Shown here one piece after another: positions 60,479 to 64,000 of a stretch of DNA of 64,000 nucleotides. The stretch comes from Amoebophrya sp. A120 (lineage: Eukaryota; Protista; Dinoflagellata), in the NCBI GenBank assembly GCA_905178155.1, contig CAJINV010000018.1:1399776-1463775 (forward strand). The letters are read 5' to 3'. The position numbers and the translations under genes are program-made. Below the pieces are notes generated by a model, which saw nothing but the letters and a program-made list of their open reading frames with translations, was not told the DNA's origin and did no database searches. Every line of letters starts with the position of its first letter. The first letter of the stretch is position 1.

Positions 60479-61402
60479 ATGGCCGAAGAGGAGCAAGTGG
60501 AGGTGCCCGTGCCGGCTGCCCCGCTGGCCGAGGACGCGCTCCCTGTCCGCGAGGAGTTTCACTCGTCCCTGTTCACCGAGCTGAGCACTGCCGAGGCCAA
60601 GTTTCGCGCCGGCGTGGAGAAAAAGGCGGCAAAGGACGCGGAGAGCGAGGGGGGAGACGGGCTGCCGGTCGCGGAGTCCAACCTGGTGTACGGCGAGCTG
60701 GGGCTGAAAAACCTGTGCGAGGTGCTCAACTGCTGCAAGATATCCACAGTAAATTTCCCGTACACGTGCAAATGCAGTCTCTGCATGACAAAACTTGCCT
60801 TCAATCCTAGTCCAGCATGACAAGTTGGACTCTGCAAGGTAGCGCAATTTGTCATGCATTTTATTGTACATGTACAGGAAATTTACATTGCATACAAGAC
60901 CGTGGGGCGCGTCTTCCCCGAGACCTGCACCTTCGTGGACTGTGGCAGCGGGCTGGGCAAGCAGGTGCTGGGCGCGGCGGTGTTGGAGCCCAAATTCGCC
61001 AAAATCGTCGGTATCGAGCTGCTCGAGGCCTACGACAGCATGGCGCAGCAGGCCGTCGCGAAGTACACCGGCCTCGAGGAGCTTCCGGACGAGAGCATCA
61101 CGAAGGCGGCGGACGTGAGCTGTGTGAAGGGCAACTTTATCGACGAGGCCGCGGCGTTTTGCACTCCGGACAACCAGGTCCTCCTCGCCGCGCTGTCCCC
61201 GTGCTACTCGGAAGAAACGCTGACGGGTCTGTGTGAGGCCGCGAAGAACGCGCAGGTGGGGAGTCTGCTGGTAACCCTAACCCGGGCCGCGCCGGACATC
61301 ACGCTGTGGGAGCCGCTGCACATCGCCCCGCTCGAGTGCCCCTGGGGAATCGCCACAATGTTCGTGCAGGAAAAAATCGCCATGCCGCCGGCGGAGGAAT
61401 AA
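60479..61402 (+). CDS. Class I SAM-dependent methyltransferase, DOT1-like domain
   Basis: LVYGEL, FVDCGSGLGK and GIELL motifs; 254 aa after removing the introner. Confidence 0.8.
60741..60894. mobile_element. Introner family I
   Basis: TATCCACAGTAAATTTCCCGTACA...TGTACAGGAAATTTACATTGCATA; direct repeat CAAGA; removal joins NCCK-TVGR. Confidence 0.92.
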
Positions 61403-63179
61403 GTGTCGTCGCGTGGTGGACGAGGAGAAGACAGACCGAGTTGATGTGAAAGATCGTGCTGTCTGACGAAATACTTTTACCTCGAAAAGAATCAGAATCA
61501 GAAATTTTTCGCAAAATTTTTTCGAACCAAACTTCGCGCCGAAGTTGCAATAAACCATGAAAAAATGCATTTGTTTCGACGACGTTTCGATCTGTTGGCT
61601 CACTATTTTACGACTGCACTCAGTAACACTAGAAATACCTTATCCTGCTACCCCAACTCCTGTTTCAAATCAATGTCGCAACTAAAAATCTAAATAATCG
61701 CAAATTGACTACTGTTACAACTGTTACTCACTTACTACTACTACTAAATAAGTCGCACCAAAATATTAAAACCCAAGTTCCTGGGCTAGAATCTTGGGAC
61801 TACACTAAGTCGCAACTACTCGAGTGTCTGACGCAGGCCGCTAATAGCAAACGATAGCTGCAAGGCTCATGACACCAACATGACAACGGCACTCGGACGT
61901 CAAACAACTTGAGACACCTTTATATCATTCACGCAAACGTTTACCCCGATAGCGATACAGAAAGACTGTCGAAGCGACAGATGGGCTTATGGGAAGCTCG
62001 TCCAGGTCCATTGGATGGCATCGCGGATGGCTTGCACTTCTACGCTGAACACTATTCGAAGTTTGCACATTGATACGCAATACAATTCCGACATATCAAG
62101 AAGAACAACTGAATATTCGAAGATTGGGATTCACGAATGATATTGCCATCTGATATTGATTCGAATTTTATTTTCTTCATCGTCTGAATCTGATTCAAAA
62201 TTGTTATATTTCATTCTCTCTCGATGGATCTATCTTGGATCTTTCATGCTCCAGAATTTTGATTTTTCCCCAAGACAAATTTGGATTTTCTGTTATTATT
62301 GGAGGGATATGAATTCAATGATTTCCCAATGATTTCCTGATATGGATGAAGAAATCGAAGAAAAAAAAAATGAGGAAAAAAAGAATCGATAATGGGATGA
62401 AATATCATCTCGATGGGTAGAAAAAAAAATTTTTCTGGAAAAAATGGTCATCGAGAATTCGGTAGGAGAAATAATCTATCGATGAATTCAGATTTGGGGG
62501 GGGGGGGAAAACAAGAAGTTTTTTTTCTGTCATTCGGTGATCATCTGAAATATCAATTTCCTGATTTTGGGAATAATTTTCATCAAATTTCTTCTTTCTG
62601 GAAACAAATATTTTGCATGTCATATCTTGACATTATAATTTCATCTGAATTCTCGAATTCAAATTCTTTCAAATTTTTCTTCCATGTAATTTCATAAAAA
62701 TAGGATGGGATTTATATGATTTCAATGACACTTCAACCAGAATAAAAATCGAATCGATCTATTCCGGAAGTGCAAAAAACTATTCGAAAACTGTGAAAAT
62801 TCTTTATCGATTTCGACGCCGGATTTGCAATCTAATCGACTATTTCTTGCATCACAAATCAACTATAAATCAGAAAAATCAAAACCAAAAACAGAAAAAA
62901 TCGATAATTATTTTCTGGAAATAAATCCTGTTTATTGATTCGATCCGTGGTTTCTCGTCGTGGGGGCTCGCGTTCGCGGGATTTCTGGTGCAAATCCTGG
63001 GAAACCGAGCTTCACCCACTGAAAAAGGGCACTTCGATAGATGAAAAAATGTCTACTTCTATTCCAAAACCATACGAAATCAATCCGAATCACGATGGGA
63101 CTACACAATCAATGGGGTAGACCGATTCGACCGGTGCATCCGGATTTTTAACCGCGATTCAGATAATCTAAAATCTATA

Positions 63180-63900
63180 AAATCGATTCTATTTCTATCT
63201 TCTATCCTGATTCCCGATCAGAATCTGGATTCGCTCGGGATTCGAAAGCAAACAAATGAAATTATCTAAAATCCACCTCTGATTCTCGATCAGGTTCCAC
63301 CCTGATTCGATGGGAAAAACTAAAGGGATAAAATCTATTCGGATTCCGAATCTTCGAAGGTGGTGATTAGCGCGCGCCAATCACCATCAATTTATTTGCT
63401 TCCGATTACTCCCCGAATTCCTCGATGGATTTCGATGAAGGAATAAATATATCTAGGATGATTCGATTCGGATTCCCATTGGGATTCTCGAAAATCAAAA
63501 TCAAATAAACCTAATCGATTCCGATTCTCGATGGGGACACCCTGACTCGATGATAAAAACTTCGATTCTGATTCGAATTCCGGACTTCTCGATGGGATTC
63601 ACGAGAAACAAATAAAAGAATAAATCTAATCTCTACCACTTCTGATCCGAATTCCGGATGGGATTCGATCACGAAATAAATCTACTCTATTCGACCATCG
63701 AATGAAAATCTAGATAATATCGATTCCGATTACGATTCGGATTTTCGATGGGATTCGATAAAAGGAAATAAACCTATTCTGATCCCGATTCGATTCTCCG
63801 ATGGGATTCGATTCGGAATAGAAATAGAAATCAATTCCCGATGGGATTCGATAAAAGGAAATAAATGGATTTTAGATAGGAGAAGAAAACAACTACTCGA
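63180..63900. repeat. Degenerate AT-rich satellite-like region
   Basis: Recurrent CGATGGGATTC and GATTCGATTC motifs; GATGGGATTCGATAAAAGGAAATAAA occurs twice; no credible ORF from ~61400 to the end. Confidence 0.6.
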
Positions 63901-64000
63901 CCAAAAATCGCATTACAGATTCGATATTTTTCTATGCTTGAGATCCGACCGAGGCTACAGATGAACACAACTATTTTCGATAAAGAATAGAGTGCTTACA

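Noticed and set aside
18573-60894. Tc1/mariner MITEs with a TA target duplication
   Set aside because: A separate 5-bp direct repeat lies outside the TA, and the empty site at 19063-19067 has no TA.

Overview
Eukaryotic genomic DNA, inferred to come from a syndinian dinoflagellate (Amoebophrya-like). All recognisable genes are on the + strand: three tandem intronless paralogues of a type II membrane protein, a ~3,480-aa Rod/KNTC1 homologue, a hypothetical secreted protein, IQCA1/DRC11, a ~2,930-aa OSCA/CSC1-like channel, a hypothetical protein and a DOT1-like methyltransferase. The dominant feature is an invasion of short TIR elements: 36 complete copies in at least 9 TIR families, 32 of them interrupting coding sequence. 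Almost all run TAT...ATA, are flanked by a 5-bp direct repeat, lack consistent GT-AG ends, occur in either orientation and share an internal TTGTCATGC-type motif. Removing each element plus one direct repeat restores the reading frame in all 32 cases, so they behave as non-canonical introner elements. Comparable elements have been described in Amoebophrya (recalled, not checked), but their removal mechanism is unresolved. The window also contains a filled/empty insertion-site pair, two elements nested inside introners (one retroposon-like, one Helitron-like), a Penelope-like RT fragment and several satellites. All coordinates were read by eye and protein identities are from motif recognition, not database searches.
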